Of a stretch of 64,000 nucleotides of DNA, positions 40,380 to 49,726 are shown piece by piece. The first letter of the stretch is position 1, and every line of letters begins with the position of its first letter. Source of the DNA: Candidatus Uhrbacteria bacterium (GTDB lineage Bacteria; Patescibacteriota; Patescibacteriia; JACPHY01); NCBI GenBank assembly GCA_016188355.1, contig JACPHY010000001.1, positions 111,505 through 175,504 on the forward strand, written 5' to 3'. The translations under genes were made by a program, and so were the position numbers. The notes beneath the pieces were generated by a model that saw only the letters and a list, made by a program, of their open reading frames with translations, was not told the DNA's origin and did no database searches.

Positions 40380-40445
40380 TGCTCCACGAGCAGCCGCATG
40401 GCTGCTCGTTTTCCTTGTTGGTGTTGTGATACGCTACGGATATCT

Positions 40446-40958
40446 ATGGGGTTCGATATCCTCCTGCTGATCACGATCATCATCATCGGAACGCTCGCGT
40501 GGGGTGGGATCCGCGGTGCGCCATGGGTTCCGACGCACCGCAAGGATGAGTCGCGCATCGTGGCGCTCGCCCGTCCACCGGCGGGTGCTCGTGTGGCGGA
40601 TCTCGGGTGCGGTACCGGCGGCGTGCTCGCGGCATTCGCGCGTGCGGGATGTCGGGTCACCGGGTGGGAGCTCGCGTTGGTGCCGTGGTGCATTGCCTGG
40701 TTGCGGCTTCGTCGGTTCACCGGCAGTCACGTGCGGCTCGGAGATTTTTGGGGCAAATCATTGAGCGAATTCGATGTGGTGTACCTTTTTTTGTTCCCCC
40801 GAGCGTATGCGCGGTTAGCGGAGCAGCTCCGCAGGGAGCTGCGGCCGGGTGCGCGGGTGCTCGCGTCCGCATGGCCGCTCCCCGGATGGGATCCGGAATG
40901 CGTGGATCGGGCTCCAGGGCGCATCCCCATTTACGTGTATCGCGTGCCGCGCGTATGA
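40446..40958 (+). CDS. Class I SAM-dependent methyltransferase with an N-terminal TM helix
   Basis: Motif I VADLGCGTGGV, acidic motif II context, 170 aa. Its stop overlaps the PolX start (ATGA). Confidence 0.6.
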   Translation: MGFDILLLITIIIIGTLAWGGIRGAPWVPTHRKDESRIVALARPPAGARVADLGCGTGGVLAAFARAGCRVTGWELALVPWCIAWLRLRRFTGSHVRLGDFWGKSLSEFDVVYLFLFPRAYARLAEQLRRELRPGARVLASAWPLPGWDPECVDRAPGRIPIYVYRVPRV

Positions 40959-42712
40959 CGAACGCCGAAATTGCACTTGCGTTGCGTTCGATTGCCGAGC
41001 TCCTGGCGATTCGTGGGGAGAATCCGTTTCGCATTCGCGCGTATGAGCGTGCCGCCATGTTCCTCGAGGGATTCCCGCAGGATCTTGAGGATGTGTACCA
41101 TGCCGGTGGCACGAACGCACTTGCGGAGCTTCCCGGGATCGGGAAAGATCTCGCTGAAAAAATTGGAGAGTTGGTGGACACCGGAAAGCTGCAGTTCCTC
41201 CGCGATCTCGAGCAGCGCGTCCCGAAGGGACTGCGGGCAGTTATGGCGGTGGAAGGGATGGGACCGAAGCGAACGCAGTTCGTTTGGGAGGAGTTTCAGG
41301 TGCGGAATCTCCGTGATCTCGAACGGCTTGTGCGTTCGGGAAGGCTCAGTCGGGTGCGCGGATGGGGCACGCAGAGCGTGCAGAATATTGCCCGCGCCAT
41401 CGAGACGCACCGTGCGTTCGGGAAGCGCCTACCGATTGGGAAGGCGCGTCCGATCGCAGAGGCGCTTCTCCGTCATCTCGAGCGCTCGCAGCTCTGTGAC
41501 ACGGTGACTATTGCGGGGAGTCTCCGACGATGGAAGGAAACCATTGGAGATATCGATCTCCTCGCGACGAGTGCGCATCCGGAACGGGTCATGGAATTCT
41601 TCTGTGGGCTGCCGTTCGTCGCACGGGTCATCGCGCGGGGGCCGACGAAGGCGAACGTGCTCCTCCGTGTGGGTATCGAAGCGGATCTCCGCGTCGTGGA
41701 TCCCGACGTGTTCGGTGCGGCGCTCCACTACTTCACCGGATCAAAGGCGCATAACATCCACGTGCGGACGATTGCTGTCGCGAAAGGGTTGACGATTTCG
41801 GAGTATGGAGTGTTCCGCGGGACGAAAGCGCACAAAGGAAAACGAATCGCCTGTCGCACGGAGGAGGACGTCTTTCGAACGGTCGGACTTCCGTACATTC
41901 CCCCCGAGCTGCGCGAGGACATCGGAGAAGTGGAATTGGCGGAGCAGCATCGACTGCCCGCGCTCCTTGAGGCTGCGGATCTCCACGGCGACCTCCACCT
42001 GCATTCCGATTTTTCCGATGGGAGTGGTTCCATGGAGGAAATGATCGCGGCCGCAAAACGCGCCGGACGATCATATATCGCACTCACGGACCATGCATCC
42101 GTGATGGGCATGGTGCGCGGCCTCAAAACGCGATCTCCGCAGCAGCGGGGGAATGTGGCAGCGTACGTGAGGCGCGTTCGCGCTGCCGCAGCAAAGGTGT
42201 CCGGTATTCAGGTGCTCGTCGGAGCGGAGGTAGATATTCTGCCCGATGGGAGGCTGTATTTGAGCGATGCGGAGCTCCGGCAGTTGGATTGGGTGATCGG
42301 GTCCGTGCATCAGTCGTTCAAACAGACGCCAGCGCAGGCAACGCAGCGTTTGCTGCGGGCAATGGACCACCCCGCACTGCGCTGTATCGGTCATCCATCC
42401 ACACGGCTCATCGGCGGACGCGGCGAATTGGCGCTCGATTGGGATGCGGTATTTCGTCGAGCGGCAGAGCGGGATATTGCATTGGAGTTGAATGCGTCCT
42501 GGGTGCGACTCGACCTGGATGACGTGCGGTGTCGGCGGGCGCAATCAATGGGGGTGCGGGTGTGCGTGAATTCCGATGCGCATCATCCGCAAGAATTTGA
42601 TGTGACGTACGGAGTGCATCAGGCGAGGCGCGGGTGGCTTACCCGTGCGGATGTATTGAATGCGCTGCCGTGGTCCAAATTGCAACAATGGCTTCGTCGT
42701 GGTCGCGCATGA
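40956..42712 (+). CDS. polX: Family X DNA polymerase (Pol beta-like core + C-terminal PHP phosphoesterase)
   Basis: N-terminal HhH (LPGIGKDLAEKIGELVDTG), palm aspartates (GDIDLLA), and a C-terminal PHP domain (DLHLHSDFSDGS...HASV...). Confidence 0.85.
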
Positions 42713-43057
42713 CGCATGCTCCACTCGTTCGGATCATGCGTTCCTCGTGGACCCCATCCGAACCCGAGCGCAGCCCCACTTCGCGCCCCACGCCATCAAA
42801 CTCTGCGGGGTAGGCAGCGCTTCGCGGGGCAAGCGATCTGGTTGGAGGGAGGGGGGATGGGGTGGGAGAGAAACCGGCTTGCCCCGCGGAGCTTCGTTGA
42901 GGAGTGAAGTGGGGCCTGCCCCGCGAAGCCTTGGCGAAGTGGGGGAGGTTTCCCCACGATCCGATGAGTGCACGGCGGCCGCGAATGACGTACGCTGCAG
43001 ATGACCCTTCTGTGCAATAATGCTTCATGAGCACTTCGTGCAACTTTTGATGCTGGT

Positions 43058-43537
43058 ATGCCGTATGAACGTTCTGTAGGGGCGATTGTGTTCCGTCGCG
43101 GGGAGCCGCCGGAGCAGGAGTTGCATTTTTTGTTGTTGCGATACCCGGGTGGGTATTGGGAGTTCCCGCGTGGGCATGTGGAGGTGGGGGAGCGGGAACA
43201 CACGACAGCGATTCGGGAGATTCAGGAAGAAACAGGCATTACGGATTTGAAATTCTTGCGCGGTTTTCGGGAGCGGTATCGGTTCCATTTTCGTCGTGAA
43301 GGTCAGTCGGTGACCAAGGACGCCATTATCTATCTTGCGGAATCTCCCACGTGGTCAGTGGTGACTTCGGAAGAGCATTTTGGATACGTCTGGGTCTCCT
43401 ATGACGATGCCCTCACGCATCTCAAGTTCGATAACAGCAAGGCCATCATGCGCGCGGCGCACGCGTTTTTTGCGCGTCGTCGTCGCGGCGGTGGTCGCCC
43501 GCGTACCTCGGATGCTGCACGAAAGAGCGCGGCGTAG
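43058..43537 (+). CDS. NUDIX hydrolase (Ap4A-hydrolase-like)
   Basis: Nudix box PRGHVEVGEREHTTAIREIQEETGI. Confidence 0.75.
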   Translation: MPYERSVGAIVFRRGEPPEQELHFLLLRYPGGYWEFPRGHVEVGEREHTTAIREIQEETGITDLKFLRGFRERYRFHFRREGQSVTKDAIIYLAESPTWSVVTSEEHFGYVWVSYDDALTHLKFDNSKAIMRAAHAFFARRRRGGGRPRTSDAARKSAA

Positions 43538-43538
43538 G

Positions 43539-44318
43539 ATGCATGCGGCGTGGGGAGGCATCGTGCTCTGCATGGGCCTTCTGTGGTTGCCGTTTCCCGC
43601 GCACGCGGTGATCGGGTTACCAGATGACGATGATGATGGTATCCCGGATGCATGGGAAGAAATTTTGGGAACATCTCCACAGGTACGCGATACGGATGCG
43701 GATGGACAGCCGGATGGCGTGGAGCTGCGTCAGGGATATGATCCCACACAGCCAAAGCCCGCGCGTCTTTCCGACGCGCAGCGTGCGCGAGATTCGGATG
43801 GGGACGGCTTGGCCGATGTGCAAGAATTTGTCTGGGAATTGAGTCCGCTCGATGCGGATAGCGATGGCGACGGGTACTCCGACGGCGTGGAGATCCGCAA
43901 TGCGCACGATCCGCGGAATCCCGTACCCGTGCCACTCGTGAAGCGGATTGAGGTGCATCGTCGTTCCCAGCAGCTCACGTACGCAGTGGGTCCGTACTTG
44001 TTGGGCACGATGCGGGTATCCACGGGGAAGCCACGAACGCCCACGCCCACAGGAACCTTTCGTATAGCGAGTAAGTCGCCGCGGGCGTGGTCGAGTCTCG
44101 CCCATCTTTGGATGCCCTGGTGGATGAACTTCACGGGATCCGGAGCCTCACCCGGACGTTTTGGCATCCATGAACTTCCGGAATGGCCCAATGGAAAAAA
44201 AGAAGGGGAGAATCACCTCGGCCGACCGGTATCGGGGGGTTGTGTACGTGTGGGGAGGGTGGAGGCAAAAAAGCTCTACGATTGGGCAGATATCGGAACG
44301 GAGATTGTGATTCGGTAG
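43539..44318 (+). CDS. Secreted L,D-transpeptidase (YkuD domain) with Asp-rich calcium-binding-like repeats
   Basis: Signal peptide, DDDDDGIPDAWEE, DTDADGQPDGVE and DADSDGDGYSDGVE repeats, and a C-terminal catalytic HELPEWPNG...SGGCVRV (Cys). Confidence 0.75.
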   Translation: MHAAWGGIVLCMGLLWLPFPAHAVIGLPDDDDDGIPDAWEEILGTSPQVRDTDADGQPDGVELRQGYDPTQPKPARLSDAQRARDSDGDGLADVQEFVWELSPLDADSDGDGYSDGVEIRNAHDPRNPVPVPLVKRIEVHRRSQQLTYAVGPYLLGTMRVSTGKPRTPTPTGTFRIASKSPRAWSSLAHLWMPWWMNFTGSGASPGRFGIHELPEWPNGKKEGENHLGRPVSGGCVRVGRVEAKKLYDWADIGTEIVIR

Positions 44319-44367
44319 GCGCTGCTGGCGTGTCCAGGATTCGCTTCGCTGCGAGTGTCTCTATGTG

Positions 44368-44400
44368 CAACCCTATCGAGGGTTGACATTTTTTGTTTTT
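44368..44400 (+). terminator. Hairpin CAACCCT-ATCG-AGGGTTG followed by a T-rich run. Putative intrinsic terminator of the L,D-transpeptidase gene, overlapping a TTGACA -35-like hexamer for the downstream gene.
   Basis: Perfect 7-bp stem with a 4-nt loop, then ACATTTTTTGTTTTTTG. The alternative reading is the promoter of 44485..45237. Confidence 0.45.
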
Positions 44401-44484
44401 TGTGGCACAAATTTCGTTGTCGTCGCGTGGTGACCAAAAGCCGCGCGGAATGACCAAAGAACCGAACAACGAAGGAGATCGACC

Positions 44485-45237
44485 ATGATCGACCAGAAGA
44501 AGACCGTTCGTGCTGCGTTCGCCAACGTGCAGCTCCGTGATATCCTCAACGCGCACTGCGAGGCCTGCTGGGCGGAGGGCTGGAAAAAGGGAAAGACCGC
44601 GGCGCTCGACAATCCCAACAACCCGTTCGTCGGCGGTCCGCAGGACCTGCTCGTGAAGGGCATCGCGGAGGTCACGAAGCCCGACGGCAGCATGGTCACG
44701 ATCACGAAGCTCACGCGCCTCCGCCTGCGGGAGCTCGACGATGTGAGTCTCGCCATGATCGGCACCGCGATGGGCAAGAATCTCGTCGGCATCCGCAGGA
44801 CCGCGGCGGACAACCCGGACGAGAACGCGCGGAACAAGATACTCGGCTCCGACGTCGTGCATCAAGAGTATGTGGACACGTTCGGTGAGAACGTGGACAA
44901 CGACTACAAGCACTTTCTGAACAACGCCGTCGCCGCAGCCGCCGTGCTCGAGTGCGCGGTGAGCTTCGTCGGCAAGGACCTGACCATCGACGAGCTCGCG
45001 GACGCGATCGAGGCGACGCTCCGGGGTGAGCGTCCGGACCTCGCGCTCCTCTTCTCGCTCGCGTCCCGCTCCTCGTGGATCGGCCGCGCGGTGCAGGATC
45101 AGAGCTGGAAGAACTCCGGCGATTTCGCCTTCTACTTCGGTCTCACCAAGGACGTCGCCGCCATCGACGCGTACGTCGCCGGCCCGGTCCTCGAGCGATT
45201 CGCGCAGGAATTGCGCAGCGGAAAGTACAACAGCTAG
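44485..45237 (+). CDS. Hypothetical protein with strong expression signals (consensus-like promoter, AAGGAG RBS, strong GC3 codon bias)
   Basis: GAAGGAGATCGACC-ATG RBS, a TTGACA hexamer about 95 nt upstream, and nearly uniform G/C third positions unlike neighbouring genes. No domain recognised. Confidence 0.6.
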   Translation: MIDQKKTVRAAFANVQLRDILNAHCEACWAEGWKKGKTAALDNPNNPFVGGPQDLLVKGIAEVTKPDGSMVTITKLTRLRLRELDDVSLAMIGTAMGKNLVGIRRTAADNPDENARNKILGSDVVHQEYVDTFGENVDNDYKHFLNNAVAAAAVLECAVSFVGKDLTIDELADAIEATLRGERPDLALLFSLASRSSWIGRAVQDQSWKNSGDFAFYFGLTKDVAAIDAYVAGPVLERFAQELRSGKYNS

Positions 45238-45403
45238 CTCCCCATCGTCTCCGGACGGTGGTGGGCACGGGAACCTGACTGGACTCGCTTCCAGGAGGGA
45301 ACCCACGGGATATGGATGAGCGCATCGCGCTCGATCTGTATGCCCACCGCCGTTCGGGACCACCGAACGGCGCGAGGGAGCCGCCCATACGTGGGCGGCT
45401 CTT

Positions 45404-48400
45404 TCATATTGGCGTGGCGATGGGATGCTGTTTCGTGAGATATTCGTCTAGCTCCTGCGCGAGGGTGGCGGTGGTCGTGATACGGACACGCGCGCGACGG
45501 TCGCGCAGCGTTCGGAGGAATAGTCGGACGAGGCGACGGTATTCCTCGTAATCTGCGGTTTCTCCAGGTATGGAGCAACCGAAGTCCTTCTTCTGGAACT
45601 CTGCGAGGACATCGGGAGTAACGACGGCAGACATGCAATCAAGAAGGTATCGCGTGCAGGTATTCGGATCATCCTCCAGGGGCACCTGATCCAACGACTC
45701 GACGATCGGTGCAATACACTCGGCGAAGCGGCCGGTATTGCGAACGAGCATGCAGTCGAATCCGTGTTCGAGCGATGCGATGGCTTCCGCGACGGTCCAA
45801 AAACCTCCGTTGCCGATGACCATGACCCGCGGTTGATCCACGCTCAGCCGTGCGTAGAGCGCTTCCATGTATCGAATGTGATGGACGTACGATGCGTTCC
45901 ATCGATCGCGGCCGCGATATTCCCAATTCGCCTCAAATGGAGTGAGGATTGCATCTACGGGGGTGATCGCGAACACCTCGTCTTGGTTTTTTGCCGCGTT
46001 GGTCCATGATTCATTGCCGGGAACATAGGTACTCATGCCCGGGGAGATGGCAAACAGGTGCGCACGTTCGCGTTTGGGGAGGTGACCACACGTACGTTGG
46101 TATTCGACGTTCGCGTGCCCAAAGGTGACTCCCATGCCCGATTGAGTGCCGGGGACGCTCACATTCGCGCGGTGGGCATGGGCGACGGTGAGGACGGCGT
46201 CGGCAAATTGGGAGAGCGGATTTGTGGTGGAGTGGGACATATCTCCAACTGCGCGACAGCCCCCCATGATATTGATGAGTGGGCGGGTGCGATCGAGGCG
46301 CAGGCGTTCCAGGATGGATTCTTCCATGTGGAAAGGAATCGTGCCGGAGGGATCTTCGGTTCGGTGCGTGAGCGCGACCGTACGGATAGTGGCTGGTTTC
46401 TGGGCGAGCGCAGCGGCATAGCCCCATGCCGCATTGCAGTGCTGCGCTGCGGCCTCGAGAAAGGAAGGGCCGAAGATGACTTCATGTGGACGAACTTCCG
46501 GCAGAAAGCGCTGCTCAAAATCCATGGCGGTGGTGATGTTTCCGTAGAGGAAGCGCGCGTAGTGCTGTTGCGCCGTGCGGAGGAGCGTCAGGAGTGCTGC
46601 GGTTGCGGTGGTGCTCCATGCGTCGGCGCTGCCGGTTGTCAGTGCGTCAAATGCGCGCCGCGCGGATGCATGGTAGGAGGTGGCATTCGTCAGGAGAAAG
46701 TGGAGCGCAGTTTCGGCGTAGCTGTGGAAACGTTCTTGCCAGCGGCCGCGTCGCTGCGTATCGATCTGCTCGAGTGTGGTGACGGTATGGGTGAAGTAGC
46801 GAAAGGTGCGGAGCGCGTCCTCTAAATGTTCGTATTGATCCTGCGCAAAGAGGGGGAGCGTTTCGAGGGTGCGCCGGTGTCCCGCATCCAGATGACGATC
46901 TTCGTTGACGAGAATGCGCGCGAGCTGCCCGTCGGCGATCGCTTCTACGAATCCGTGCTGCCCATGCTGCTCGCTGGTCGTATATCGTCCCCGGAAGGCA
47001 ACGAACGTCATGGTGGGTTCTGGGGGAGGAGCGCTGAGGAACGCGCGCGCTGCCTTCGCGGCGTTGTAGTAGTTCGGATCATAGAGGAGCCGAACGCGCG
47101 AACGGTATTCCGTGTTTTGTTCGTGGAGGAGATCATGACTGGAGAATCGGTATGCTTCCCGACGCACGCGTTCTCCAGCAAGTGCGGCGCCAACGGCATC
47201 TCCGATGCGGAGTACGGCAAATGCGCCAGAGGGTCCTTGTTGGAGGAGCGCATGGAACAGGAGATCGGGAATGATGGCGTTCGTACGGACGCAGCGGGCA
47301 CTGAACGCATCGGGATTTCGGAGTGCTTCGGTGGTGAGCTGGGTGAGGGTGGGTGGTTGGTGTTCCTGCAGAGACCAGGCCGCGGCGAACGCATCGAATT
47401 GTGCAGCGGCAACGTGCACGTATGCGGCACGATTATTCTGTTGTTCATGCATGCGGACGCGAGCTTCGTGGTATGCGGCATCCGTCGGCAACCATTGATT
47501 GTGTTGAAGGGTCGCGAGGAGTTCTGCGCTCAGGAGTCCGTACGGAAGATGCGTGTGTAGATATTCCCCATCAATACGAATACCGCTCGCATCGATGGTC
47601 AAGGGAGTGTGACCCCGCCGGGTACGCAGTCCGGTGGCATCTCCGTTGCGTAGAAAATAGGCGGTGAGATGTGCGCGCTCCGTTCGTGCGTGTAGGAGGG
47701 CGGGCTCCTCCTCGAGTGCTCGGAGTGCGGCGATGGATTCGGTGATGGGTGCGGCGCCGATGGTGCGGAATCGTTTTTTGGTGAGGAGTTCCGTGGGGAG
47801 AAATCCTACGTTCGTGAGCATGCGACGGAGGAGTGTCTCGCGATCGGATGTGCCAAAGAGCGCATCGACCATATCGATCCAGCGTGCATCAGGGGGGAGG
47901 TCGATCGCCTGTGCGCACGCGCGGGCGAGTGCGGCGGGGTATGTGGCGGCGGTGACCTCCGGATGTTGGGCGGCGAATTGCAGTCGCTCATAGCAGTCGC
48001 GTGCGTCTCGTGCGGTTTCGAGGAGCTCGGGAATGGGGATGTCGGGAAATTGCTCGAGGGTGACGGGCGATGTCGTGACCGCGTGTTGCGACCAGAGGAA
48101 CAGCGCGCGCACATACGAAATCGTCTCATGGCGTGCGGTGGGGTCGATCAGGAGCGCGCGTAGCGCGCTCCCCTGGTGCCCATTGCAAAATCCAAGAATA
48201 CGCACGGCGGTCGGGAATCGTGCGCAGGTTTCTGGTGATGGGAATAGCGTGCTGTCGGGGGCGATGGGAACGCGCGGTGCGGCATCCTGCACGCGGAGTC
48301 GAAGACGATCCGCGAAGATATCCTCAAGGCGCGCGCGCAGATCATCCTCGGGCGCGTGTATTTCCGGAGTCACGGGCGCGGCGGGTGGTGATTCTGGCGG

Positions 48401-48412
48401 GCGTGATCCCAT
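45404..48412 (-). CDS. 1002-aa protein with a C-terminal Rossmann-fold LOG/SLOG-like domain (aa ~750-1000) and a large uncharacterised N-terminal region
   Basis: C-terminal motifs INIMGGCRAVG ... GTQSGMGVTFGHANV ... VIGNGGFWTVAEAIASLE resemble the LOG-family GGGxxGxMGA and PGGxGTxEE motifs. Nothing is recognisable in the first ~750 aa. Confidence 0.6.
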   Translation of the reverse strand: MGSRPPESPPAAPVTPEIHAPEDDLRARLEDIFADRLRLRVQDAAPRVPIAPDSTLFPSPETCARFPTAVRILGFCNGHQGSALRALLIDPTARHETISYVRALFLWSQHAVTTSPVTLEQFPDIPIPELLETARDARDCYERLQFAAQHPEVTAATYPAALARACAQAIDLPPDARWIDMVDALFGTSDRETLLRRMLTNVGFLPTELLTKKRFRTIGAAPITESIAALRALEEEPALLHARTERAHLTAYFLRNGDATGLRTRRGHTPLTIDASGIRIDGEYLHTHLPYGLLSAELLATLQHNQWLPTDAAYHEARVRMHEQQNNRAAYVHVAAAQFDAFAAAWSLQEHQPPTLTQLTTEALRNPDAFSARCVRTNAIIPDLLFHALLQQGPSGAFAVLRIGDAVGAALAGERVRREAYRFSSHDLLHEQNTEYRSRVRLLYDPNYYNAAKAARAFLSAPPPEPTMTFVAFRGRYTTSEQHGQHGFVEAIADGQLARILVNEDRHLDAGHRRTLETLPLFAQDQYEHLEDALRTFRYFTHTVTTLEQIDTQRRGRWQERFHSYAETALHFLLTNATSYHASARRAFDALTTGSADAWSTTATAALLTLLRTAQQHYARFLYGNITTAMDFEQRFLPEVRPHEVIFGPSFLEAAAQHCNAAWGYAAALAQKPATIRTVALTHRTEDPSGTIPFHMEESILERLRLDRTRPLINIMGGCRAVGDMSHSTTNPLSQFADAVLTVAHAHRANVSVPGTQSGMGVTFGHANVEYQRTCGHLPKRERAHLFAISPGMSTYVPGNESWTNAAKNQDEVFAITPVDAILTPFEANWEYRGRDRWNASYVHHIRYMEALYARLSVDQPRVMVIGNGGFWTVAEAIASLEHGFDCMLVRNTGRFAECIAPIVESLDQVPLEDDPNTCTRYLLDCMSAVVTPDVLAEFQKKDFGCSIPGETADYEEYRRLVRLFLRTLRDRRARVRITTTATLAQELDEYLTKQHPIATPI

Positions 48413-48635
48413 GTGCGTCCTGCGTATTACGTTGCACTGCGCGCCGTGGCTCGGTCACGGCCAATCTGGTATTCTCCAGCATACCATGCCATTTTTATGG
48501 ATCGGTAGCGCATAGTCATTGACTGTTGTGCAGATACCTGGTACAGTGCGGTTGTTCATTTTCTTGAGAAAAAACGATACCAGTGCGTGGTGACCGTGCG
48601 GTGGCAGGCGATGCGCACTGAGGAGGAGACCGATA

Positions 48636-49601
48636 ATGGAACCGAGTAATCATGATGCTCCGGTGGTGCGGAGCGGCCGGCCGAAACCGGTTCTGCTCGC
48701 GGCGTTGACGCTCATCGGATTGGTGGTCGGCATCATCGTGTACGCGAAGGGATGTGGCGGCAGCAGCGACACGAAAGACGCGGGGTCGGATCGTGCACCG
48801 CCCGCAGCGCGCACCGTGCTCATGGATGCGTGTCTCGGTCTCTGGGGAAGTACCCAGGAGAACGCGCATGCGCGTTGGGACGCGGTGCGGACGGCGATGG
48901 CGCAGTACGCCGAACGTGACGATGCGTTGCCGGGGCTTGCGCAGATGACGGCGGGTCGACCGCTGGAAAGTGGGCTGGCTGTGTGTCAGACGCTCCTCAT
49001 GCAGGCACCGAGTGGCGATGCGCGGGCCGGGGCGTCGGGACCGATCGAACCGAGTGAGGTGCAGCGGGTTGCGTGGTTGCTCCTGCAGGATGCGGATCTC
49101 CGCGCATTGCTCGATGATGAGTATCGTCATGCGTGTGATGGGGAGCTCATGTACGCCGAGGCGAAAGTGACGGAACCGTCGCAGCCATGGTCGGGCGATC
49201 AGCGCGAAGCGTGGACGGAAGAGTGCGTACAGTGGCATCGTGGGAGTCGTTCGGGACAGGTGCCCGCATTGGTTCCTCCGCCTGCAGATGCGTCTCCCTC
49301 GATTCCGGTCGCGCCGCCTCCTGCGGAGCCTGCGATTCCCGCATGCGCAACGGAGGTGCTCCGGACGCACCACGATGCGATCGTCGATGCTAATGGCGAC
49401 CACGAGCGTGTATTGAAGTACGCGCGCGCGCTCGCCGGGTGCACGGCCGCAGCGAAACCGTGGGCGACGCTCGGATTGAGCGACGCGGATGCATTCTTCG
49501 ACCAGTTCGTGGCACCCATCAACCGCAAGCATCACTGGCTGCAGGAAGAGCAGCCCGACCTCTACGACGCTATCCTATCGCGGTGGTCGGCCGACGGTTG
49601 A
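48636..49601 (+). CDS. Hypothetical membrane-anchored protein (divergent from the 1002-aa gene)
   Basis: N-terminal TM (VLLAALTLIGLVVGIIVYA), a Pro/Ala-rich segment, 321 aa. Confidence 0.45.
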   Translation: MEPSNHDAPVVRSGRPKPVLLAALTLIGLVVGIIVYAKGCGGSSDTKDAGSDRAPPAARTVLMDACLGLWGSTQENAHARWDAVRTAMAQYAERDDALPGLAQMTAGRPLESGLAVCQTLLMQAPSGDARAGASGPIEPSEVQRVAWLLLQDADLRALLDDEYRHACDGELMYAEAKVTEPSQPWSGDQREAWTEECVQWHRGSRSGQVPALVPPPADASPSIPVAPPPAEPAIPACATEVLRTHHDAIVDANGDHERVLKYARALAGCTAAAKPWATLGLSDADAFFDQFVAPINRKHHWLQEEQPDLYDAILSRWSADG

Positions 49602-49726
49602 AGACGCAGAGGGGCAATCTCCGGATTGCCCCTCTTTCATTTGTTATTGATGCTTGACATGCGACCCCGCATTGTGTACCGTTTCGGCAGTTCGTTTCAT
49701 GTGGAACAGGTGCCTAACGGATCTCG

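Noticed and set aside
44131-45363. 410-aa ORF on the - strand
   Set aside because: It is antisense to the 250-aa gene at 44485..45237 and to the L,D-transpeptidase 3' end. The forward ORF has an RBS and promoter, so this one is a shadow ORF.
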